A stretch of 64,000 nt of DNA, taken from contig CANRIA010000002.1 of NCBI GenBank assembly GCA_947630555.1, forward strand, positions 112,482-176,481. Reading direction: 5' to 3'. Made by a program: the position numbers and the translations under genes. Of the stretch, positions 39,701-47,769 are shown piece after piece. Positions within the stretch are counted from its first letter, which is position 1; each line of letters opens with the position of its first letter. The DNA is from an uncultured Clostridia bacterium. GTDB lineage: Bacteria > Bacillota > Clostridia > Oscillospirales > Ruminococcaceae. Under the pieces are notes generated by a model. It saw only the letters and a program-made list of their open reading frames with translations, did no database searches and was not told where the DNA came from.

Positions 39701-42463
39701 GCGGACGGATATTTCACAAAGGTCTGATAGGTCTTTGCATGTTTGCCTGCTGTTGCAGCCGCTTAAATTCAGCGCTTGGCATACAGCGTTCAGGCTTTCT
39801 TTAAAGCTGTTTACGACCTTTTCTCCGTTTGCAAGATCTGAAGAAAACTTATCGCGTAAAGTTACAGAATAATCGCGCCTGCCATAGCCTGACAACGGGT
39901 GATTATAAACCGTGCCAAACTCTTCTGCCGCACTTTTCAAAGCTGCCGCGGTGTCTTTCCATGCCTGCACCGTTTGCTCAGTCATGGCATCATACTGCTG
40001 CTTGGTTATTTCAAGCTTGCCGCTGTGCTCGGCATATGTTTCATACATAGTTACTGCATCATAAACCGAAAGACCGTTTTTGCGCTTTTTGTGAAGCTCG
40101 GTCATAACACTGTTAAGCTGAGTGCGTATCTCATAAAGTCTGTCGGCGGTCTGCTGATACTGCTCAGGCTGCTTTATTCTGCCGACTTCCATTGTTCTTT
40201 CAAGCTGAGAAAGCACTGCCCTTTTCTGCGCCTTGTTTGAATGAAGCTCCAGGCAAAATGCGCCCAGACCTATCTTTTCAAGCCTGCTTTGCACGACCGA
40301 CAGCGCAGCCATTTTCTTTGCAACAAAAAGTACGGTCTTATCGTGGTACAAAGCGTTTGCTATCATGTTTGTTATAGTTTGCGATTTGCCTGTTCCCGGA
40401 GGGCCGTGCAAAACAAAGCTTTGACCCCCGGCTGCGAGGCATATTGCCAAAAGCTGCGAAGAATCGGCGCTGCTGGGTACTGCAAGGTCAGAGGGCTTTA
40501 TGCGCTCATCAAGCGTTTCGGCGGTAATATCGCACTGCTCCGGCTGCCATTCAAGTTTGCCCGAAATAAGGCTTGCTACCACTTTGTTAGAGGCGATGTC
40601 GTCACTTCTGTTGCGCAGGTCGTTCCACATTATAAACTGGCTGAATGAGAAAAGCCCGATAAACGCATAGTTTACAACGTCCCAGCGTTTTTTGTCTATA
40701 ACGGCATGTCGCACGGTATTGAACACCATTTGAAGGTCAACGCCGCTTTCATCTGCCGGCAGAGGGTCAAGTCCTGTTATATCTATACCGAAATCCTGCC
40801 GTAAAAGCTCCAGCAGGGTAACGTTCATCTGTGTTTCTTCATCGCGTATCTTTATTTTATAGGTCTTGCTCTGAACGTTTCTTATAATGTCAATAGGAAC
40901 AAGAACAAGCGGCGCAAAACGCTCTTTTTCGCTTTTATCCGTTTCATACCAGCGCAGAAAACCAAGTGCAAGATAAAGAGTGTTGCTGCCGTTTTCAAGA
41001 AGGCTGTTCTTTGAGGCGTTGTAAAGAGCCTTGCAGTTTTTTTCAAGCTCGCTCTCACTTACAAAAGAGCGTATACGCTGATTTTTAAATTCAGACTCGG
41101 AAATAGTGGTGATAAGGTCTTTATCGTTTTCGGTATCGAAAATCGCGCTGTCTTTTACGGTGCTTGCCCAGTCGCTAGGCTGAGGCATTATTGTAAAAGC
41201 CTTTCCCGATGCGAGATTGTCCTCTAAAGCGGCAAGGTCGGCGATCATAAGCTGCACAGAGTTTTTCTTTGCACGGAAGTTTAGCAGAGAATTTCGTAGA
41301 CTGAGATCAAGCAGTTTTCTTTCCCACATCTGCTGCTTTGTAAGCGGCGCGGCATTTTCTGAAGGAGCTATCCTGCCGTCGTTTACAAGCTGCTGAGGGG
41401 CGTTAGTATTCTGTGTGGTTTTCTCTGCTGAAGCAGTATTTTCGGCAAGCTGATATATACCGTTACTGAGTACACGCTGTGGTATAGGACGTATACCGCC
41501 GCCGCGGCTGCGCTTAACATCAATGGCAAGTTCAAATTTTGCTGTATATGAAAGTGCTGACAGAGCATCTTTTTCTGCCTGCTCAAAGGTAACGCTTCTG
41601 CCTGACACCACATCTGTACATTCTATAAGAGCAATTTCATTTATACCCTCGGCACAGCGTTTTGTTATTGCGGAAACGTCGTCAACGGCACATTCTGAGA
41701 AGGTCTGTTCATTCAGCCACAGACCCACAAAAGCGTGACTTTGTAGAATAACTATTATCGGGTGTATAGAAACAGCTTCAAGGCAGCTTGCAAAAAGCAG
41801 AGTTAGATCAAGGCAGGTAGCAAGTTTGTTCTGCACAATATCGGAGCAAAGACGCACCCTCTGACCTGTTGCCTCAAAGCTGGCAGGCGGAACGCAGTAG
41901 GTTATCTGCATATCCTGCAAAGCGGAATATATAGCAGCCGCCTGATTGCGCACATGGTTCGGGTTTTGCGTAAGGTATCCGGTGAACGACGGGTCGCCGG
42001 TCCACTTTTTAAGGTACTCCCCTGCCGCAGAAATTATACCGCTTATTGCAGGATAGTTAGGCGTTACAAAAGCGCTGATTATTTCGGGAATATAGTTTGT
42101 GCCGTTCCACTCGTCAAATGCCAGAAGTTCAACGTCAACGGAATCTTCGGCTTCTGTAATATCGCCGTTTAAGACAGAAATATTAAGCCTAGCGTTAAGT
42201 TTTTCTGTAAGAGAATATAAAAATTCAGCCTTTGCCTTGAAAGGTACAGGGCGCACTTCATATGAACTGTGCGCGGCTATTGCAGGCAGCGGCAGTGTAA
42301 AATTATCTGCATAATCGGGCTCAGCAGAAACGGTAAGAACAAGTCCGCTGACGGCTTCATCACCGTTGTTTGAGACCACTATGCTGTATATGCAGGGAAC
42401 ATAATTTTGCTGCATGGCAAAGTTTACAAATCTGCATACCTCTGATCTTATAGAAATATCCAT
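36716..42463 (-). CDS. 1915-aa multidomain protein: transglutaminase-like N-domain, DUF4011-like region, Upf1/DNA2-type SF1 helicase (split by a long helical insert), Vsr/DUF559-like endonuclease fold, DUF3320-like tail
   Basis: It is an uninterrupted ORF. The RBS GAGGTG lies 21 nt after the dnaE stop. Motifs, by amino-acid position:
- ATC217LDL / SH243AF / ECTD284
- RKLLDLSLRNSLLNF (382-396)
- GPPGTGKS (687-694)
- DEASQ (1306-1310)
- QGDERD (1499-1504)
- VAISRAR (1538-1544)
- VDIGV..IMCDG..DRD..GWNLIHIWSLDWF (1625-1682). Confidence 0.85.
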   Translation of the reverse strand: MDISIRSEVCRFVNFAMQQNYVPCIYSIVVSNNGDEAVSGLVLTVSAEPDYADNFTLPLPAIAAHSSYEVRPVPFKAKAEFLYSLTEKLNARLNISVLNGDITEAEDSVDVELLAFDEWNGTNYIPEIISAFVTPNYPAISGIISAAGEYLKKWTGDPSFTGYLTQNPNHVRNQAAAIYSALQDMQITYCVPPASFEATGQRVRLCSDIVQNKLATCLDLTLLFASCLEAVSIHPIIVILQSHAFVGLWLNEQTFSECAVDDVSAITKRCAEGINEIALIECTDVVSGRSVTFEQAEKDALSALSYTAKFELAIDVKRSRGGGIRPIPQRVLSNGIYQLAENTASAEKTTQNTNAPQQLVNDGRIAPSENAAPLTKQQMWERKLLDLSLRNSLLNFRAKKNSVQLMIADLAALEDNLASGKAFTIMPQPSDWASTVKDSAIFDTENDKDLITTISESEFKNQRIRSFVSESELEKNCKALYNASKNSLLENGSNTLYLALGFLRWYETDKSEKERFAPLVLVPIDIIRNVQSKTYKIKIRDEETQMNVTLLELLRQDFGIDITGLDPLPADESGVDLQMVFNTVRHAVIDKKRWDVVNYAFIGLFSFSQFIMWNDLRNRSDDIASNKVVASLISGKLEWQPEQCDITAETLDERIKPSDLAVPSSADSSQLLAICLAAGGQSFVLHGPPGTGKSQTITNMIANALYHDKTVLFVAKKMAALSVVQSRLEKIGLGAFCLELHSNKAQKRAVLSQLERTMEVGRIKQPEQYQQTADRLYEIRTQLNSVMTELHKKRKNGLSVYDAVTMYETYAEHSGKLEITKQQYDAMTEQTVQAWKDTAAALKSAAEEFGTVYNHPLSGYGRRDYSVTLRDKFSSDLANGEKVVNSFKESLNAVCQALNLSGCNSRQTCKDLSDLCEISVRCPIYINDILNGSAEGQRTDYILSLIESGKQFDTAAQELSQIFENSVFSINAQNLKLEWKKASSSWFLAKAIGQSKTAKQLKLHAKNADSISKENCPELIDKLCRREELYKTITSADATITSIIKNVWLGENTKWQQAESVIKDNLTAHSIMKENGITVESCLSLKNSAIAQNYVEQFNTLTQTYDAFCTEYNAAADNENWLSECEKRYSSWQIYVDKIKERSQLLRAMDDVTGAGLPQLSTALENGTVTADDMCESLLCALGYSTAVYEIEGSSVLSSFSGRSFEDLIAKFSDVTDEFRMLTINELVAKLSAKVPFSGGQMAGSSEIGILLKAIKSAGRLMPIRKLFDSIPSLLHRICPCMLMSPISVAQYIDPSYPKFDLVIFDEASQLPTSEAVGAIARGSSVVVVGDPKQMPPTSFFSVSHVDEENYEKEDLESVLDDCLAISMPQEHLFWHYRSRHESLIAYSNARYYDNKLYTFPSPNDLESKVTLVKVDGYYDKGGTKQNRAEAEAIVKEIERRLDDEELRKESIGIVTFSIVQQALIDDMLSDKFRERPELEQLADELYEPLFIKNLENVQGDERDVILFSVGYGPDKNGKVSMNFGPINKDGGWRRLNVAISRARKCMTVFSTITYDMIDMSRTSSEGVEGLKGFLEFAQKGRAALTVHSAAEERSERCIEKLVAAEIEKAGYAVRCNIGCSECKVDIGVIDPRNSSEYILGIMCDGDSCKLAKTANDRDLSLPSVLRGLGWNLIHIWSLDWFDDKQKVMKTILAAINDALNGNIEQEEQKASISVSENSFAKDTETEETSDRVKKFVMFTPAAIGTPTDLYSPGYAPMLKKTMRDVINALAPVSRKTLFKQTLAAFGAPRSTAKADAYLTDILGSLDCTITKSNNSAFVWSGEVTPENMNYFRMADGERRPIDDICAEEIANAAMYVLEKQLTLTRADLTREVARCFGYTRTTPTMETSITEGIVLCKSRGKISISPESGKISLI

Positions 42464-42484
42464 TCAAAACACCTCACTGTGTTA

Positions 42485-45400
42485 TTATGACTTTATAGAA
42501 AATGCAACGTTGCTTTCACCAAAAATGTCTTGCAGCTGCGAAAGAGTATCTATATCCGCTTTTATGGTCGGGCAGCTTTTCAGCCTGACGATTTTGCCTG
42601 CATCGCTTATCTTTATAAACAGCGGCGTGCTGCCCTGCGCAGTATTGCATAGCACTTTAAGTTTGTTGATTTTGTTTTCATCGCTTGTCGGCATATTTAT
42701 ATATAGCGGAAATTTTTGCAGCGAATCGGCATACTGCTGTGCAGGAATTACCGAATTTGCAACTATTTTTGCAGGCTCGTCCTCTTTTGTAGATACCCTG
42801 CCGCTTACAAACACAGGTTCTCTGCTTTCAAGATACTGCCTTGCCTGCGCGAAAACGGACGGGAATACTATTATCTCTATTTCACCGCTCATATCTTCAC
42901 AGGTGGTAAACGCCATTATTTCGTCTTTTTTGGTACGGTGCTGCTTTATGCTGTTTGTTATCACCATTACGTTTACTTTTGCGCCGTCTTCATAGCCGTT
43001 TTCGTTATCTTCCGAAGTATCGGCTATTTCGGCTAGCTGGTCAAGCCTTGCCGTCCTGCTTACGCTGACATACTTTTCAAGTGGGTGCCCCGAAAGATAA
43101 ACACTTAGCGAATTTTTCTCCATTTCAAGTATCTCTTCGGGCGAATAATCGGGCTCATCTGGAAAATCGTCTTTTTCTGTATCAAGCGGCGTATCTTCCG
43201 TTATATCAAAAAGGTCAAGCTGTCCGTCCGCCTCTTTTTTAGATTTTGCGTTTAGCTCTTTTATAATAAACTCAAAATTGTGTATCTGCTGTTTGCGGTT
43301 GCAGCCTCCTGTGCTGCTAAAAGCGCCGCTGCGTATAAGCGCTTCTACAGCCCTTGCATTTATAAAATGTATCATTCTGCTGCAAAAATCGGTAAGAGAT
43401 CTGAAGCTGCCGTTTTTGCATCGTTCGTCAATTATGCAGTCTATTATCCCCTCGCCAAGATTTTTTATTGCAAGCAGCCCAAAGCGTATTTTGCCGTTTT
43501 CTGTAGAAAAGCCTTTTTCGCTCTTATTTATATCAACGCCGAGTATCTCAACGCCGTTTTTTCTGCTGTTGCTGCAATATACCGAAAGCTTAGAACCGCC
43601 CTCGCCTACTACCGAGGTCATCAGAGCCGCCATATAATCGGCATAATAGTGGCATTTAAGATATGCTGTCTGAAAAGCTATGGTAGAATACGCCGCCGCG
43701 TGTGACTTATTGAAAGCATACGAAGCAAACGAAGTCATATCGTCAAAAAGCTGATTTGCAGTTTTTTCGTCGACACCGTTTGCAATGCAGCCCACGCAGT
43801 TTATACTGCCGTCGGCATTTTTTTCGCCGTATATAAAAGCGTGCCTTTCAGCTTCAAGAACAGCAGATTTTTTCTTTGCCATTGCGCGCCTTACTATATC
43901 TGCCCTGCCATAAGAATACCCTGCAAGTGCTCTGAATATCTGCATTACCTGCTCCTGATAGATTATACAGCCGTAGGTGCCCTCTAAGATAGGCTTCAAA
44001 AGTGGGTGCTTGTACTTTATTTTAGAAGGGTCGCGGCTGTTTTCTATATATATCGGTATGCTGTCAACAGGCCCGGGGCGATAAAGAGATATTGCCGCAA
44101 TAAGGTCATCAATTCTTTTTGGTGCCATTCTTACAAGTGTTGATGTCATTCCTGCGCTCTCAAACTGAAAAACTCCCTCAGTATCACCGCGCGACAGCAT
44201 ATTGAAAACTTCTTTGTCATCAAGCGGTATTTTGTTTATGTCAAAATACGGTTCTCTTTTCTGAATTTCTCTTTCACAGTTGCGTATAACAGTTAAGTTG
44301 CGAAGACCCAGAAAGTCAAATTTAAGCAGACCCATGCTCTCAAGTATGCCTGCGGTGTACTGCGTTGAAATTTGCCCGTTCCTGCTGAAAAGCGGAGAAT
44401 AGGTATCTACAGGCTCTTTTGTAATTACCACACCTGCCGCATGAGTGCCGACACTGCGCGGCATACCCTCAATATTCATAGCTGTGTCGATAAGGTCTTT
44501 TACGCGCTTGTCCTCGTTATACATACTTCTGAGTTCCGAAGAAGTATTCAGCGCTTTTTTAAGGGTAACATCAATGCTGCGCGGTATTCTTTTTGCAATA
44601 TCGTCCGCCAGCTGATAAGGCATATCCATAGCCCTTGCGGCATCACGCACCGCGCCCCTTGCCGCCATTGTGTTGAATGTGGCGATCTGCGTTACATATT
44701 CACTGCCGTATTTTTGCTTTACATAGTCTATAACGCGCTGTCTGCCGTCAATGCAAAAGTCAATGTCAAAGTCGGGCATTGAAACTCTTTCAGGATTAAG
44801 AAATCTTTCAAACAGCAGGTCGTATCTCAAAGGGTCTATGCCAGTTATGCCTATGCAGTAAGCGCACAGGCTGCCTGCACCGCTGCCGCGCCCAACACCC
44901 ACGGGAATATCATTTCGCTTGGCGTAGTTTGTAAAATCCCAGACTATCAGAAAGTAATCAATATAGCCCATTTTTTCTATAACAGACATTTCATATTCCA
45001 TGCGCTGACGGGCGGCAGCATTGTTTTCGCCGTACTTTTCTTTTAGTCCTTTTTCACAAAGCTTACGAAAAAACGCTTTGTTATCGTCAACGCCTTTCAT
45101 AGTGAACCTAGGCAGCTTGATCTTGCCAAATTCAAACTCAATGCTGCACATATCGGCTATTTTTGTGGTGTTTTCAACTGCCTGCGGATATGCCGAGAAC
45201 AGCTCGCTCATTTCGTCGCCGCTTTTAATATAAAACTCATCGGTCGGAAATTCCATGGAGCTTGGTTCGCTGAGCGTTGATTTTGTAGCAATGCACACAA
45301 GCACTTTTTGCATATTAGCATCTGTTTTGCTGATGTAGTGAGCATCGTTGGTTGCAACAAGAGGTATGCCTGTCTCGCGCGAGAGCCTTGCAAGCAGCGG

Positions 45401-45961
45401 CAGTATTCTTTTTTGCTCTTCAATGCCGTGGTCTTGAATTTCTATATAGTAATTTTCCTGACCAAATATTTCGTTATATTCAAGCGCGGCTTTTTTAGCT
45501 TCATCAAAATTGCCGTTATTTAAAAGGCGCGGTATCTGACCTGCAAGGCAGGCAGAAAGGCAGATAAGCCCCTCGCTGTACTTTCTAAGACATTCAATAT
45601 CTACTCGCGGACGAGAATAAAAGCCCTCTATATAGCCTATAGAAACGAGTTTTATAAGATTTTTGTACCCCTGCATATTTTTACACAGCAAAACAAGGTG
45701 ATAGGGCGAGCGTTCAAAACGCTTGTCCTTTTCAAAGCGAGATCTTTCAGCAACGTATACTTCGCAGCCGATAATAGGCTTTATACCCTGCTTTTTACAT
45801 TCATTATAGAACTCTATCGCGCCGTACATATTGCCGTGGTCGGTTATAGCAAGCGCCTTTTGCCCTATAGATGCCGCGAATTTTGGCAGCTGTGATATTT
45901 TGCACGCGCCGTCAAGCAGGCTGTATTCGGTATGCACATGCAGATGCACAAAATCTTTCAT
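42485..45961 (-). CDS. dnaE: DNA polymerase III alpha subunit (DnaE type, N-terminal PHP domain)
   Basis: The PHP motif is FVHLHVHTEYSLLDG, the polymerase core is ..PDFDIDF.., and there is a C-terminal OB fold. Confidence 0.93.
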   Translation of the reverse strand: MKDFVHLHVHTEYSLLDGACKISQLPKFAASIGQKALAITDHGNMYGAIEFYNECKKQGIKPIIGCEVYVAERSRFEKDKRFERSPYHLVLLCKNMQGYKNLIKLVSIGYIEGFYSRPRVDIECLRKYSEGLICLSACLAGQIPRLLNNGNFDEAKKAALEYNEIFGQENYYIEIQDHGIEEQKRILPLLARLSRETGIPLVATNDAHYISKTDANMQKVLVCIATKSTLSEPSSMEFPTDEFYIKSGDEMSELFSAYPQAVENTTKIADMCSIEFEFGKIKLPRFTMKGVDDNKAFFRKLCEKGLKEKYGENNAAARQRMEYEMSVIEKMGYIDYFLIVWDFTNYAKRNDIPVGVGRGSGAGSLCAYCIGITGIDPLRYDLLFERFLNPERVSMPDFDIDFCIDGRQRVIDYVKQKYGSEYVTQIATFNTMAARGAVRDAARAMDMPYQLADDIAKRIPRSIDVTLKKALNTSSELRSMYNEDKRVKDLIDTAMNIEGMPRSVGTHAAGVVITKEPVDTYSPLFSRNGQISTQYTAGILESMGLLKFDFLGLRNLTVIRNCEREIQKREPYFDINKIPLDDKEVFNMLSRGDTEGVFQFESAGMTSTLVRMAPKRIDDLIAAISLYRPGPVDSIPIYIENSRDPSKIKYKHPLLKPILEGTYGCIIYQEQVMQIFRALAGYSYGRADIVRRAMAKKKSAVLEAERHAFIYGEKNADGSINCVGCIANGVDEKTANQLFDDMTSFASYAFNKSHAAAYSTIAFQTAYLKCHYYADYMAALMTSVVGEGGSKLSVYCSNSRKNGVEILGVDINKSEKGFSTENGKIRFGLLAIKNLGEGIIDCIIDERCKNGSFRSLTDFCSRMIHFINARAVEALIRSGAFSSTGGCNRKQQIHNFEFIIKELNAKSKKEADGQLDLFDITEDTPLDTEKDDFPDEPDYSPEEILEMEKNSLSVYLSGHPLEKYVSVSRTARLDQLAEIADTSEDNENGYEDGAKVNVMVITNSIKQHRTKKDEIMAFTTCEDMSGEIEIIVFPSVFAQARQYLESREPVFVSGRVSTKEDEPAKIVANSVIPAQQYADSLQKFPLYINMPTSDENKINKLKVLCNTAQGSTPLFIKISDAGKIVRLKSCPTIKADIDTLSQLQDIFGESNVAFSIKS

Positions 45962-45977
45962 AGAATAAGCCTCCTGT

Positions 45978-46877
45978 CTAGGTCAGATGCGCAAGTTCAA
46001 TAAGTTTGTTTAGCCGCCTGTTGAGGCTGCTTTTGGTAACGCCTTCAAGTTCTGCGCAAAGCTCACTTAATGACATATCAGGATTTTCAAGCCTTGCATT
46101 TGCGGCAGAAACAAGTTCATGCGGCAGGTCTTCAAATTCTCCGCTTTCTTTCAGAATATTTATAGCTTTTATCTGTCTTGCCGCCGCATCTGTAGACTTT
46201 TTTATGTTAGCAGAAGCGCAGTTTATAGAGCGGTTAATGCGGTTGTTTCCCTCTTTGTCAACCTTTATTGTAATATGTTTCAGTGCAGACATCGGCGCGC
46301 CCATATAGGTCAGAACATCTTGTATGTTTTCGCTGTCTTTAATATACACAACTTCGCTTTTGCCGCGTGTGGTATGCTTTGCGGTTATGCCGCATTCTTC
46401 AATAAGTGTTATGCCTATATCGTTGCAAAGGTCAACTGTTGGCATAACAAATTCAAGGTGAGAGGGTTTGTTGGGGTCGTTTACGCTGCCGCACACCAGA
46501 AACGCCCCTGCAATGACCGCATGAATAAGCTTTCTTTTCGGCATATTGTATTCTGTAAGCCTCTGCACCAGCGGCTGGGTCTGTATATGAAAATAGTCAA
46601 ACAAACTAAGTATTTCCTGCTTATCTGATATATCAATATTATAAAAGGTCTTGTCGCCTCTGCTGACAGAGCTGAGCGAGGGTTTATGTTCGATAATTCG
46701 CGATATATTGACATTAAAAAACTCGGCAGTTCTGTGATTTTCGGTAATAAGGCGCAAAGCATCATCGGTAAGCCCTTTGCAGAAAATGAGCATACCGAAA
46801 ATGCAGGCATCACACTTTGCCCGTGAATTCATATTATCAAGAATTTCGTCCTTAACATCGGCAGAAAACGGCTGCAA
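45978..46877 (-). CDS. whiA: DNA-binding protein WhiA
   Basis: It has a LAGLIDADG-like core and a C-terminal HTH (..LSELCAELEGVTKSSLNRRLNKL). Its position is after rapZ. Confidence 0.88.
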   Translation of the reverse strand: MQPFSADVKDEILDNMNSRAKCDACIFGMLIFCKGLTDDALRLITENHRTAEFFNVNISRIIEHKPSLSSVSRGDKTFYNIDISDKQEILSLFDYFHIQTQPLVQRLTEYNMPKRKLIHAVIAGAFLVCGSVNDPNKPSHLEFVMPTVDLCNDIGITLIEECGITAKHTTRGKSEVVYIKDSENIQDVLTYMGAPMSALKHITIKVDKEGNNRINRSINCASANIKKSTDAAARQIKAINILKESGEFEDLPHELVSAANARLENPDMSLSELCAELEGVTKSSLNRRLNKLIELAHLT

Positions 46878-46889
46878 TACCCCACCCCA

Positions 46890-47753
46890 TTATTTGTGCT
46901 TTTCTATATCTCTGTGCGATATCCTTACTTTATGATCATTTTGTATCAGGTGTTTGGCAAGAAGTTCTGCAAAAGTAACGCTTCTGTGCTTGCCGCCTGT
47001 GCAGCCAAATGCTATAACAAGCTGCGATTTGCCCTCTTTGATATACAGAGGTATCAGAAAATCTATCAGATCTTCGAGCTTTTTGAGAAGCTCTTTTGAC
47101 TCTTCAAAGTTCATTACATACTCACTGACTTCCGTCTGCAAGCCTGTTTTTTGTTTAAGTTCGGGAATATAAAACGGGTTTGGCAGACATCTTACGTCAA
47201 AGATAAGATCGGCATCGGGTACTGTGCCAAACTTAAAGCCGAACGAGCATATATCTATATGAATAAAATCGTCCTTATCTTCAAGAAAAATGCTGTACAT
47301 TCTGTCCTTGAACTGTGCAATAGGCATATCGGAAGTGTCAATGTAATAGTCAGCCTGCGCAAGGGCAGAAGCCAGAAATTCTCTTTCTGTCTCGATAGCG
47401 CGCCTTATATTTCCGTATGATACCTCATCAAGGGGGTGTTTTCTGCGCGTTTCTTTATAGCGGCGTACAATGCAGTCGTCGTTTGAATCAAGAAAAAGTA
47501 TTTTAAGGTCGGTATTTTCTGAACGCAGCTCATTTATGGTATCGCTGAGCTTTGTAATGAAATCGCGCCCTCTTATATCAACTACAAACGCTACCTTTTC
47601 AACGCTTGAATTTACCGAAGAATATATCTGCGCAAACTTTGATATAAGTTCGGGCGGCATATTGTCTATGCAATAGTAGCCTATGTCTTCCAAAACGTCA
47701 ATAGCGGTTGATTTTCCGCTGCCCGACATACCTGTAACTATCAAAATTTTCAT
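46890..47753 (-). CDS. rapZ: RNase adapter / nucleotide-binding protein RapZ (YvcJ)
   Basis: The N-terminal Walker A is VTGMSGSGKSTA and the C-terminus has GCTGGKHRSV. Confidence 0.92.
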   Translation of the reverse strand: MKILIVTGMSGSGKSTAIDVLEDIGYYCIDNMPPELISKFAQIYSSVNSSVEKVAFVVDIRGRDFITKLSDTINELRSENTDLKILFLDSNDDCIVRRYKETRRKHPLDEVSYGNIRRAIETEREFLASALAQADYYIDTSDMPIAQFKDRMYSIFLEDKDDFIHIDICSFGFKFGTVPDADLIFDVRCLPNPFYIPELKQKTGLQTEVSEYVMNFEESKELLKKLEDLIDFLIPLYIKEGKSQLVIAFGCTGGKHRSVTFAELLAKHLIQNDHKVRISHRDIEKHK

Positions 47754-47769
47754 ATTATTTCCCCCTCTA

